Source of the DNA: Prolixibacteraceae bacterium UBA6029
Lineage (GTDB): Bacteria; Bacteroidota; Bacteroidia; Bacteroidales; Prolixibacteraceae
Direction: 5' to 3'
NCBI GenBank assembly: GCA_002429385.1
Contig: DIZL01000048.1
Coordinates: forward strand, 800 to 64,799
Length of the DNA: 64,000 nucleotides
Below are positions 22,101 to 29,298 of this stretch, in pieces (within the stretch, counting starts at the first letter, position 1; the number at the start of each line of letters is the position of its first letter). The notes under the pieces are model-generated. The model ran no database searches, had not been told where the DNA came from, and worked only from the letters and a program-made list of their open reading frames with translations. The position numbers and the translations under genes are program-made.

Positions 22101-22410
22101 AATAATCGGAACACGCACCTGGGGCGGATTGGTGGGTATGTCTGGCAATGCCGGTTTAGTGGACGGAGGATACATTTCTGTTCCGCAGTTTGGAATCTAT
22201 GACGAAAACGAACAATGGATCATTGAAGGGGTCGGCGTTTCTCCCGATATCGAAGTGGTTGACCGTCCCGAACAACTGGCCAAAGGAATTGATCCCTGCA
22301 TTGAAAAAGCTGTGGAAGTATTGCTGAAACAACTACAGGATAATCCTGTTAAAAAAGTAAATGCCCCTGCTCCACCCGACCGTTCCAAATGGAATGAACA
22401 AATGAAGTGA
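19126..22410 (+). CDS. Tricorn-protease-like S41 peptidase (beta-propellers, PDZ, S41 domain)
   Basis: 1094 aa with a signal peptide. TolB/WD40-like repeats (SPDSKWIAF, SPDGKYISY, SPDSKWIAY), a PDZ region, and a C-terminal S41 block GKIGYIYVPNTSTDG. Confidence 0.8.
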   Translation: MQKLSFKLLALIIMGFTFCQRVAAQDEARLMRFPDINKNMVAFVYAGDIWTVDSNGGEARRLTSHSGLELFPKISPDSKWIAFSGEYSGSRQIFVIPSTGGTPRQLTFYNSVGMMPPRGGFDDVPLDWTSDSKNILIRANRTPFGDRNGKYYLVSLDGGLEKPLPIVNGGFAKFSPDNKKICFTPIDREFRTWKRYKGGRASDLWVYDLENQTSEQITDFKGTDQLPTWFGENIYFASDRDLKLNIYQYNTKTKALKQMTTHADFDCMWPSGENGQMVYENGGYLYKLNLLTGKEEKLNVSIHFDNPNIVPYYKNVKDFIQSFEISPTGKRALISARGDIFSIPAENGPTYNLTNTQGVREIYPRWSPDGKYISYYSDASGEYEIYLLENKKGATPRQLTTGSSAWKYDAEWSPNSKKLLYFDRTLQLKLVDIETGKTTIVAHADRSEIHSYVFSPDSKWIAYDKEGGNGLGAIWVYNLETAQNTQLTDASFNDGSAVFSKDGKYIYFVSDRDFNLDFSSFEFNYVYNKSARIYAMALKADCPKLFRDKNDIEPIREAEKTREEPKKDKKGKKEEKAATKDSINVQIDFEGINSRITAFPLNAGIYNNLMAVDGGIMYISEGSLHKYTIEDKKDEEVIDKAGQAVLSADGKMMIYRSGKDFGITKLTAGQKSGAGKLNLEDMVMKIDPKKEWAQIYTDGWRIFRDYFYESNMHGVDWKGIRERYNPLVQYVSHRADLDYILGEIIAETNTGHCYDDWGDFEHVKRVDTGLLGAELTTDQASGKYKISKIYAGENWNESRRSPLTEQGVNVKEGDYLIAINGTELNGSMNPYELLENTVGKTAELTVNSKPETSGAKTYTIRPIASELELLNLNWVMERRKMVDKLSGGKIGYIYVPNTSTDGNRELYRGMYEYNEKDALIIDDRYNGGGFIPDVMTNLLERKTLSYWQRNGLSAMKTPGIAHNGPKVMLTNGYSSSGGDAFPYYFRKKGLGTIIGTRTWGGLVGMSGNAGLVDGGYISVPQFGIYDENEQWIIEGVGVSPDIEVVDRPEQLAKGIDPCIEKAVEVLLKQLQDNPVKKVNAPAPPDRSKWNEQMK

Positions 22411-22418
22411 TGCATCGG

Positions 22419-22868
22419 TCATTTTAACCTCACATATTTTTCAATGGTGTAATTACTTTTGTCCACATGCCACATATCATTTACAGGCCAGGTTTGCATC
22501 AGCGTATCGCCCTTGATTTCGATTAACATTTTTGGATGTGTCCCTAACCATTGTTTATTGGTATGATAATCGATCGTTTCGATGTATTGTGATCCTTCCA
22601 AAGTATAAGTTCCGCCGCCAAAATTATCGATCTGTCTGTCATTGACTTTAAACCGGCCAGCGAAGACAAAATGCTCATCGGACCATACTTTAATCTGAGA
22701 TCCGTTGACATTTTTACCCATATACCGGCCTATAACCGTATCTTTTGCAAATGATTTGTAATAAACCAGGCTCCACGCCCCGGCAATTTTCCGATGCTGC
22801 TTTTCATTGGGGTTACAACTCAAAAAGATGATTGAAATAATCAGTCCTGCAAGTAGTGATAGTTTCAT
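22419..22868 (-). CDS. Small lipoprotein, lipocalin-like fold suspected
   Basis: 149 aa. Lipobox IFLSC followed by a beta-rich sequence. No confident family. Confidence 0.45.
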   Translation of the reverse strand: MKLSLLAGLIISIIFLSCNPNEKQHRKIAGAWSLVYYKSFAKDTVIGRYMGKNVNGSQIKVWSDEHFVFAGRFKVNDRQIDNFGGGTYTLEGSQYIETIDYHTNKQWLGTHPKMLIEIKGDTLMQTWPVNDMWHVDKSNYTIEKYVRLK

Positions 22869-23042
22869 AACTTAAGTTTTTGGTGATTGATTTTAGCTTA
22901 TCTTTTTACATTGTATAGTACGTTTTATTGTATCGAAAGTTGTCTTTTATGCCCATATGAAGCAAAGAAAATATTATTCCCATTTAGATGGAATTAACTA
23001 TCAATGGCTGAGGGATTCAGATGAAATACAATGTTTCTTTTC

Positions 23043-23136
23043 TGCCACAAAGACTCAAAGGATCAAAGGTTCACGAAGAATATAACAAGAAGGGGCGATA
23101 CTTGGTGTCACTTAGTGTCTTTGAGTCTTTGTGGCA
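23043..23136. repeat. REP/MITE-like intergenic palindrome (TGCCACAAAGAC... family)
   Basis: Perfect 18-bp inverted repeat tgccacaaagactcaaag (23043-23060) and ctttgagtctttgtggca (23119-23136). It shares the 14-mer acttagtgtctttg with the element at 41198..41294. Confidence 0.75.
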
Positions 23137-23256
23137 ATTTTCAGTAAAAGGAAAGACTTCTTTAGCAAAAAAAACAGGTAACGCATTTCCTCGCTACCTG
23201 TTTGTATATTTTGTAAAAACAACTCTTTTTGTCTGAACCGACTAACTCATGACTGA

Positions 23257-26200
23257 TTATTTGGATACAGTCACTTTAGTGGTCAATTTGCCTACCCTGA
23301 CCAGGTAAATGCCGTTCTTCAGCGATGATACATCGACGATTGCGTCACCGTTGAAATCGAGCCTGATTTGTTTCACCAGTTGCCCTATCGAAGAATAGAT
23401 TTCACCCGATACATTGGATTCACCGCTTAGGCTGATCCTGAGTTGATCGCTTGCAGGATTGGGGTAAACGGTGAACTTCGGAGCATTCGAAATTGCAGGA
23501 ACACCCGTCATATCATTTACAGGTATAACCTTCCAGTATTCGCCAAAATGGTTATCAACATCGTAACGGGTCAGCGTGATGCCTTGTTGCGCATTCTGAG
23601 GCACCGGCCATGGCGCTTTATTGTTGTAGATCACCTGATCGATGACCTTGCCGTATTTATTCACCAGTTGTATTTTTTCCCCTTCATCGGCCAGATGTCC
23701 GCTTTCCCATTGATACGGAACAAGATTCTTGCTGCTCCAGAACACCGAAGAGGCATTGGAAGTGATAAATATTTTCTCCTTCGCCCCGATTACTGTTCCA
23801 GTAGGGAACAGATAGGCAACACCCGAGGCAAATTGGCAACTATCCAGATGAATGGGCATATCCGCCGGATTATACAAACCAATAAATTCAAGATCTTCAG
23901 CAGTGGGGTCAGTAACGTAGGCAATATCGCTGATCATGACCGAAAGCGGGAGCGCAGGCAACTTCAGATTGGCGCCTATCGTTCCGTTGGTTGCTGCCCC
24001 AATAAGCGGTGATCCCGACAATAGTGAGAAGTCGTAGATGGCCGCATTCATAAACAATGGATTTACATTCAGGTTATTTTTCCCCGCAGGCAAAAGCTCC
24101 GTATCGTCCGATGAATTGGATATACTCAGAGATGAAAATTCATCGCTGAAATAGCCCAGTTCATAGGAGTTTGAAAGTATGGTATTGGTTACAACCAGAT
24201 TCGACCCTGCATCGCCCGGATGCTTTTGATAATTGGCCAGTGCGTAAAAGTTTCCATAATAGCTGCAATGATCGATATATACACTGCTCGAATCTTTCAT
24301 CCCTGCTCCCATTCCGCAGTTGATAAAAACTGAATTGGTTATTTTAGCCGACGACTGCTGCCCGATCGATACCCCTTTATCCTGGAAGTTATACACCACA
24401 ATACCGTCGATGATCACATTCTTGGCGTGATCACCCAGATCGACCGCATCGGAGTTAAACCCGTCCATATCGTGAAAATAACTATTCCTGACTGTGGCGC
24501 TGCCTTCCGACATTTCACCAAAATCGAGGGCGTCACAATCGACTCCCGGATTACCGATAAATTCACAGTTCGAGATTAATATCTTGCCCCTTTTGATGTT
24601 GATTTCGTCACAGCCTGCATAATCAGAATGTATCCGGCTGTTGGTAACCGTTGTCTGACAATTATACACGTTAATCGGGTTCTTATGGTTGTTCACAATG
24701 GTTATACTGTCGATTATGACTGTCGATCCTGAAACTGCAATCGCGGCAATGTCACGTACCGGGTTTGGCCCTTCCGAAGCATTTTCAATGATTACATGCT
24801 TAAACCATACCGTATCACTGGCATTCTTAATGCTAAAATTTCCCCATTTCTGATTTACACTCTGGGGATTGCTCCTGAAAATCACCGGTTCAGCTTTGGT
24901 TCCAATCGCCTTAACCGGCCCGAGCGACGAGATGGAAACCCCGTCCGAGATCCAGAGTTCTACTCCCGGTTCGATAATCAGTTTCCCTGCTGAAGTGATA
25001 TTCACGTTTTCAGGAACCAGGTAAGGCGAGCAGCTCTTGTGAAGAGTCATGACAGTCGTTATTTCAGCTGGAAGGATACATTTCCCTTCACTTTCAAAGA
25101 CCGCTGTAATATTCACTGCCGATTGCGTGCTAACCACCAGTTCATTGGCTGTAGATTGATAACCACCTGAACCGTTCAGTGAGGCCGACAATTCCAAGTC
25201 AAAGCTCACATCACTGCTGTTGGCGGCTGACTGGTGAACTTCAACGGCAATCGTGTTATTGCCCTCTGCCAGCGATTCAGCCCCTATCGTGAAGGTATTG
25301 AAGGCTGACTCATCAGCCCCTGCAATGGCTGTTGATGCCAGTGTTCCGAAACTGATAGTCCCTGCGGGCATATTGTAACGCTGGATCTCCGTATCGTTCA
25401 GGTAAATCACTGCCCCGTCATCACATTTAAGCAACAGGGTCAGACCGCTTACTTTCTGTTTGTTTTTCACCACAAAGCTTGTCCTGAAATACGATGAGAT
25501 ATATTTGTTGTTGGCATCACTGCCAAAGCCAATCACCGTTTTTTCATCCCCGTCGCCATAGCCCAGCTCTGCCGGTCCCGATTTCCAGCCTGTGTCGGTG
25601 AAATCTGCATTCCTCCACGAGATTCCCAAATCGACGCCCGTATCCGAATATTTCCATGTACTTTGTCTTGGAATAAAGAGTGTATCGCTGTTCGTCTTCC
25701 ATCCCATGAACTTATACCCGTCTTTGGCTTCTGCGCTTAACTTGATGGATTCACCTTTGGGATAACCCCCTGCACACACGTCAACGGGTATTTTCAGCCC
25801 GTTAAAGGTCAAAACCCCCGCCTGGACAGGGAAGGTTGTTACCGATACAGCAACAGGAGCCTGAAAGCCGTAATTGGTTAAATCGTTTAGGATAATACCC
25901 GGCCTGGCCTGTGCAAAGGTCCTTAGCTTTTCAACTTCCGAATACCAGTAATCCATCGACGAAATGGCATAGATACTGCTGTAGTTGCCTGTTCCCCTGG
26001 TCCCTGCCCAGCGGGCGATGTGATTGGGCATTTCGGCCTCGATGGTTGTCTGATGGTCGTCAATCTGGGCAATCATCCTCGTGGGATTGAAGGTTGTAAA
26101 CAGCAGGTCCGAAAGCTTCCTTCCAAACAGTTTTTTATAATCCGTATTTTTCATCAAATCCCTGAACGGCCAGCCATCCTCATTCAGATAGAAGCTGATC

Positions 26201-27822
26201 ATCTGGTTATTGGCTCCAAAGAAACCACGGTCAAAATCCATGAGTATCCATTTCCATTTGCCCGAATCCTTGGCTTTCCATTTCATCAGGTTGTGACCAA
26301 TCGAATTATTGCCGCTGTAAACTTCGGTACTAACCATCTCGGTAAATTCGTTAATGTCCATCTGTGCAGCTACCGCGTCGTAGTTCGCCTGATTCGACAA
26401 ATCCTTTGCAGTCAGGGAAAGAAAAAAGTCATTCGCCTTGAAATCTCCCGTTTCGGCGTAATGCCCCGCATCGGTCTCTTCAATCATATCGAATGTTCCG
26501 GCGGCAAGGCCATGGTTTCCAACGATATAATCCTCGTCTATTTTCTCGCGGATGTTGTGTACACCCATATATTGTCCGTTGATATAAACCACAGAGGCCC
26601 TGAAACCCATGTTGTCGAGACTGGTATTATAGACTGCCGCTGTCTGGATCATGCCATCCCTGAACATGGTATTGCCCCAGTCGCTTCCCGAAGCCCTGAG
26701 CGAAAAGGTTTTATACACTTTGCGGGGTTTATCAAAGATGAGCGGATAGTCGATCTTGGCCGTCCCGTATTCTTTTCTGAAGTTAATGCCCAGCATTTTT
26801 TCAGGTAATTGCCAGGAGTATAGACCCGTTGATTTGGCCCCACCCCTTAAATCGAAAGCAGCCCCTGTCCTGCCGTCATTCTCATAAAGCTCGATATTAA
26901 TAGGGATTTCCCAATCGGGCTTTACCGTATGTACCGCGTAAATGCCCTTCACCGGATCCCAGAAATTCAAGGGATCTGAAGTCACACAGACGATCGGCAG
27001 CTTATTGATTTTATTTCCGGTATCAATAAGGTAAGTGTTCGTTGTTATCGGCCCCAGAATCTGGCCTGCTTTATGAATCCTTGCCCTGACCACCGTATTT
27101 TTATCAATGATGATCGGCCCGTCTGCCAGGAACGACTGCTCATTGGGCTCCGTACCGTCGAGCGTGTAGCGGACATCACCCCCAAAGATCGATTTGATGG
27201 TGAGCGAAACTGAACCGTGGTAAACACCCCCTGAGGATGAAAAACCAGGATCACTCTTTACAATATCCGAATACCCCGTTGTAATGTTTGATGTGCCGGG
27301 TGTGGGCTGTGTAAATAAGACCCAGTCACTGCTACCGTCGGGTTTTCGCCCCATAGAGATATTCGGATCAGGGACCCCCAGCAAGGTCGAATCGAGTACG
27401 GATATTGAACCAGCGCCATAGTTCGAGAGATCTGTCGTTTGAACCCCATACCTCACCGAATCGATCAGCGCCCCCGATGGGTTCGCAAGGCCGACCTGTT
27501 CACCCGAGGCCGAGAGCGCAAAACTGGTATGGTTGGCCGAATCTTTATCGTCAGCCCAGAACAGGGCAAATCCTTTGGCGGCAATGGTCATTTTGTTTAT
27601 TTTCCATTTCTGAGGCTTCTTCAGGTTGTCCGTCAGGAAATAGCCATCCAGAATGACGGGCGAAGTGCCGCTATTATACAATTCGATCCAGTCGGCGCTC
27701 TGCTTATAATCAGGGTCCAGGATGGTTGACGTGTTCGAGGCCATAAATTCGTTGATGTATACCTGGCCATAGGAAGCCACAGAGACAAACAGAAGCAGTA
27801 TTGAAATCTTTAATCGGTTCAT
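23257..27822 (-). CDS. CotH-kinase-family protein with two lamin-tail domains, a beta-helix region and a T9SS sorting domain
   Basis: 1521 aa. N-terminal LTD (YINEFMASNTS...DWIELYNSG), a chitobiase-C-like block (VRYTLDGTEP), a CotH core, and right-handed beta-helix-like repeats. A second LTD (LEFIGLYNPADMPIHLD) and a T9SS CTD (TVYPNPASDQLRISL...NGIYLVRV) follow. Confidence 0.75.
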   Translation of the reverse strand: MNRLKISILLLFVSVASYGQVYINEFMASNTSTILDPDYKQSADWIELYNSGTSPVILDGYFLTDNLKKPQKWKINKMTIAAKGFALFWADDKDSANHTSFALSASGEQVGLANPSGALIDSVRYGVQTTDLSNYGAGSISVLDSTLLGVPDPNISMGRKPDGSSDWVLFTQPTPGTSNITTGYSDIVKSDPGFSSSGGVYHGSVSLTIKSIFGGDVRYTLDGTEPNEQSFLADGPIIIDKNTVVRARIHKAGQILGPITTNTYLIDTGNKINKLPIVCVTSDPLNFWDPVKGIYAVHTVKPDWEIPINIELYENDGRTGAAFDLRGGAKSTGLYSWQLPEKMLGINFRKEYGTAKIDYPLIFDKPRKVYKTFSLRASGSDWGNTMFRDGMIQTAAVYNTSLDNMGFRASVVYINGQYMGVHNIREKIDEDYIVGNHGLAAGTFDMIEETDAGHYAETGDFKANDFFLSLTAKDLSNQANYDAVAAQMDINEFTEMVSTEVYSGNNSIGHNLMKWKAKDSGKWKWILMDFDRGFFGANNQMISFYLNEDGWPFRDLMKNTDYKKLFGRKLSDLLFTTFNPTRMIAQIDDHQTTIEAEMPNHIARWAGTRGTGNYSSIYAISSMDYWYSEVEKLRTFAQARPGIILNDLTNYGFQAPVAVSVTTFPVQAGVLTFNGLKIPVDVCAGGYPKGESIKLSAEAKDGYKFMGWKTNSDTLFIPRQSTWKYSDTGVDLGISWRNADFTDTGWKSGPAELGYGDGDEKTVIGFGSDANNKYISSYFRTSFVVKNKQKVSGLTLLLKCDDGAVIYLNDTEIQRYNMPAGTISFGTLASTAIAGADESAFNTFTIGAESLAEGNNTIAVEVHQSAANSSDVSFDLELSASLNGSGGYQSTANELVVSTQSAVNITAVFESEGKCILPAEITTVMTLHKSCSPYLVPENVNITSAGKLIIEPGVELWISDGVSISSLGPVKAIGTKAEPVIFRSNPQSVNQKWGNFSIKNASDTVWFKHVIIENASEGPNPVRDIAAIAVSGSTVIIDSITIVNNHKNPINVYNCQTTVTNSRIHSDYAGCDEINIKRGKILISNCEFIGNPGVDCDALDFGEMSEGSATVRNSYFHDMDGFNSDAVDLGDHAKNVIIDGIVVYNFQDKGVSIGQQSSAKITNSVFINCGMGAGMKDSSSVYIDHCSYYGNFYALANYQKHPGDAGSNLVVTNTILSNSYELGYFSDEFSSLSISNSSDDTELLPAGKNNLNVNPLFMNAAIYDFSLLSGSPLIGAATNGTIGANLKLPALPLSVMISDIAYVTDPTAEDLEFIGLYNPADMPIHLDSCQFASGVAYLFPTGTVIGAKEKIFITSNASSVFWSSKNLVPYQWESGHLADEGEKIQLVNKYGKVIDQVIYNNKAPWPVPQNAQQGITLTRYDVDNHFGEYWKVIPVNDMTGVPAISNAPKFTVYPNPASDQLRISLSGESNVSGEIYSSIGQLVKQIRLDFNGDAIVDVSSLKNGIYLVRVGKLTTKVTVSK

Positions 27823-28083
27823 GTCAGTAGGTTTTTTTCAGAAACAACATAAGAGCTTTTACCGCAGACATCGTTTTTCGTTATGGTGTTTGTGGCGCAA
27901 GGTACAAAATATCAGTGAACTTACGGCTGATTCATGCTATTGTTTGACAACCAACCTTCAATTTTCCCTTGGTGATGTACAGGGTTGCACTTTGGCCTTA
28001 ATGATTTAAAAGGATCCTCCTCACTGATTGGCTTAATTGGCAATTAATCCTGTCCATTTCCTTATTGATTGCCTCGGGATCGG

Positions 28084-28230
28084 GAGGGTATCCCTTGGGT
28101 ATTCCTTCTCTATATTTGTACTATGATTGATCTATAACTGTACAAAAATTCGTATCTTTGTATAGATAGAGATCAATCATAGTTTAATCATTGAAAAGGG
28201 ATACCCAAGGAATACCCAAGGGATACCCTC
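28084..28230. repeat. 147-bp palindromic element with perfect 24-bp terminal inverted repeats (copy B of the palindrome family)
   Basis: IR-L gagggtatcccttgggtattcctt (28084-28107) is the exact reverse complement of IR-R (28207-28230). The inner 62-bp palindrome is 28121..28182. The 78-bp core has 67/78 identity to the 45.1-kb copy by manual alignment. Confidence 0.9.
28153..28160 (+). promoter_or_regulatory. -7 box TATCTTTG facing the DUF6266-like gene (a second box TATATTTG lies at 28111..28118)
   Basis: Exact TAnnTTTG motif. The 13-mer tatctttgtatag is identical to 32009..32021 upstream of the paralog. Confidence 0.55.
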
Positions 28231-28258
28231 TGTAGTATTAACTTAACACGAATTAATT

Positions 28259-28897
28259 ATGGCACGAATGAAAAGAAACATCGGTGATCTGGTCTCAGGA
28301 CGGATCGGAAACGTGGTATTTTACACACGGAATGGAGTTAACTATGTACGTGCAGCCCCTGATCGGAAAAAAGATTCCTGGTCTCCGCAGCAGTTGTTGC
28401 ACCGCCAGCGGTTTAGCAAGGCCAGTTATTTATGGAGCCAGCTGAAAAAGACAAAAGTAGCCCCTATCTGGAATTTAGCAGCCGAGCGTATGAATGGGTA
28501 TGCATTGTTTATGAAAGCCAATATGCCAGCCTATGCCTTGGACGGAAGTATTATTGACCCCAGGATGCTGAAGATTTCGACGGGCAAACTGCATTTGCCT
28601 ATGGATTTTGAAGCAGCAAGGGAGTCCATTGGAAGCACTTTGATTGCGGTTAGCTGGAAAAATGACCCCAATATGAAGGGCAAACGCCTGGAGGATGAAT
28701 TAATGGCCGTAAGCGCTGCCGATGGACATTACTCTGCCCTGACTCCTACGGGACTGCTGAGAAGCGCCCAAAACGGCTCATTTACCCTGCCTGTGAAGCC
28801 AGCAGATGCAACGCATATTTACCTGTTCTTTGCCTCTAACGATGGATTGGACTATACGGAGAGTGTATGTGTTGAGATTGGGAGCCGCGGTTTTTAA
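28259..28897 (+). CDS. DUF6266-like protein (Bacteroidota-restricted, function unknown)
   Basis: 212 aa with no signal peptide. The N-terminal G-x-x-G-N-V-V...G..YVR...Q...R.RF pattern is shared with the paralog at 32093. The DUF6266 name is assigned from memory. Confidence 0.55.
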   Translation: MARMKRNIGDLVSGRIGNVVFYTRNGVNYVRAAPDRKKDSWSPQQLLHRQRFSKASYLWSQLKKTKVAPIWNLAAERMNGYALFMKANMPAYALDGSIIDPRMLKISTGKLHLPMDFEAARESIGSTLIAVSWKNDPNMKGKRLEDELMAVSAADGHYSALTPTGLLRSAQNGSFTLPVKPADATHIYLFFASNDGLDYTESVCVEIGSRGF

Positions 28898-29274
28898 CCG
28901 TGTACAGTTATAAAAAGCGATTAAAAATCACTGGTCCCGTTTGTTGTCAGCATGTCCGAATCCAAATAATGAAATCAAAGAACTAATTTCAGCCCAACAA
29001 GGCATGGGAAATGGCTACTAATTCATTATCTTTAGTATTTACTACGAATGTCGTCTATTGTAACAGCGGACAAACCAAAACCATTTTGCAATGAAAGCAA
29101 GAATTTATCAGGCAGTCTTGAAAGCCGCACATAACGAACTGCTCAGGTTATCAACACCCAAAGCAGCATAATGACTAAAACAATGCGTAACATGAGTTAT
29201 TATTAACACTTTCACTTGTTGAAAACTTTAATTAATATATTTTCAATCTTCAGAATGTCTTCAGAATTACATTC

Positions 29275-29282
29275 TACTTTTG
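29275..29282 (+). promoter_or_regulatory. -7 box TACTTTTG upstream of the OMP gene
   Basis: Exact TAnnTTTG motif 16 nt before ATG 29299. An A9 tract lies in the short leader. Confidence 0.5.
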
Positions 29283-29298
29283 CACAAAAAAAAATAAG

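Noticed and set aside
23021-23236. 71-aa ORF, and likewise 40853..41221 and 27821..28009.
   Set aside because: The first two are read across REP-like palindromes. The third lies in the CotH upstream spacer. None has supporting motifs or promoter boxes.
26020-26808. Long antisense ORFs inside large genes: 26020..26808 (262 aa), 23443..24012 (189 aa), 34467..35075 (202 aa), 14556..15011 (151 aa) and 20101..20475.
   Set aside because: All lie opposite strongly supported genes (CotH, GT2 fusion, priA, tricorn). They have Arg/Ser/Leu-rich shadow-frame composition and no motifs, so they are typical shadow ORFs.
29286-29294. The A9 homopolymer upstream of the OMP gene as a phase-variation tract.
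   Set aside because: It lies in the short 5' leader between the -7 box and the ATG, not in coding sequence or in the -33/-7 spacer. I have no evidence of length variation.
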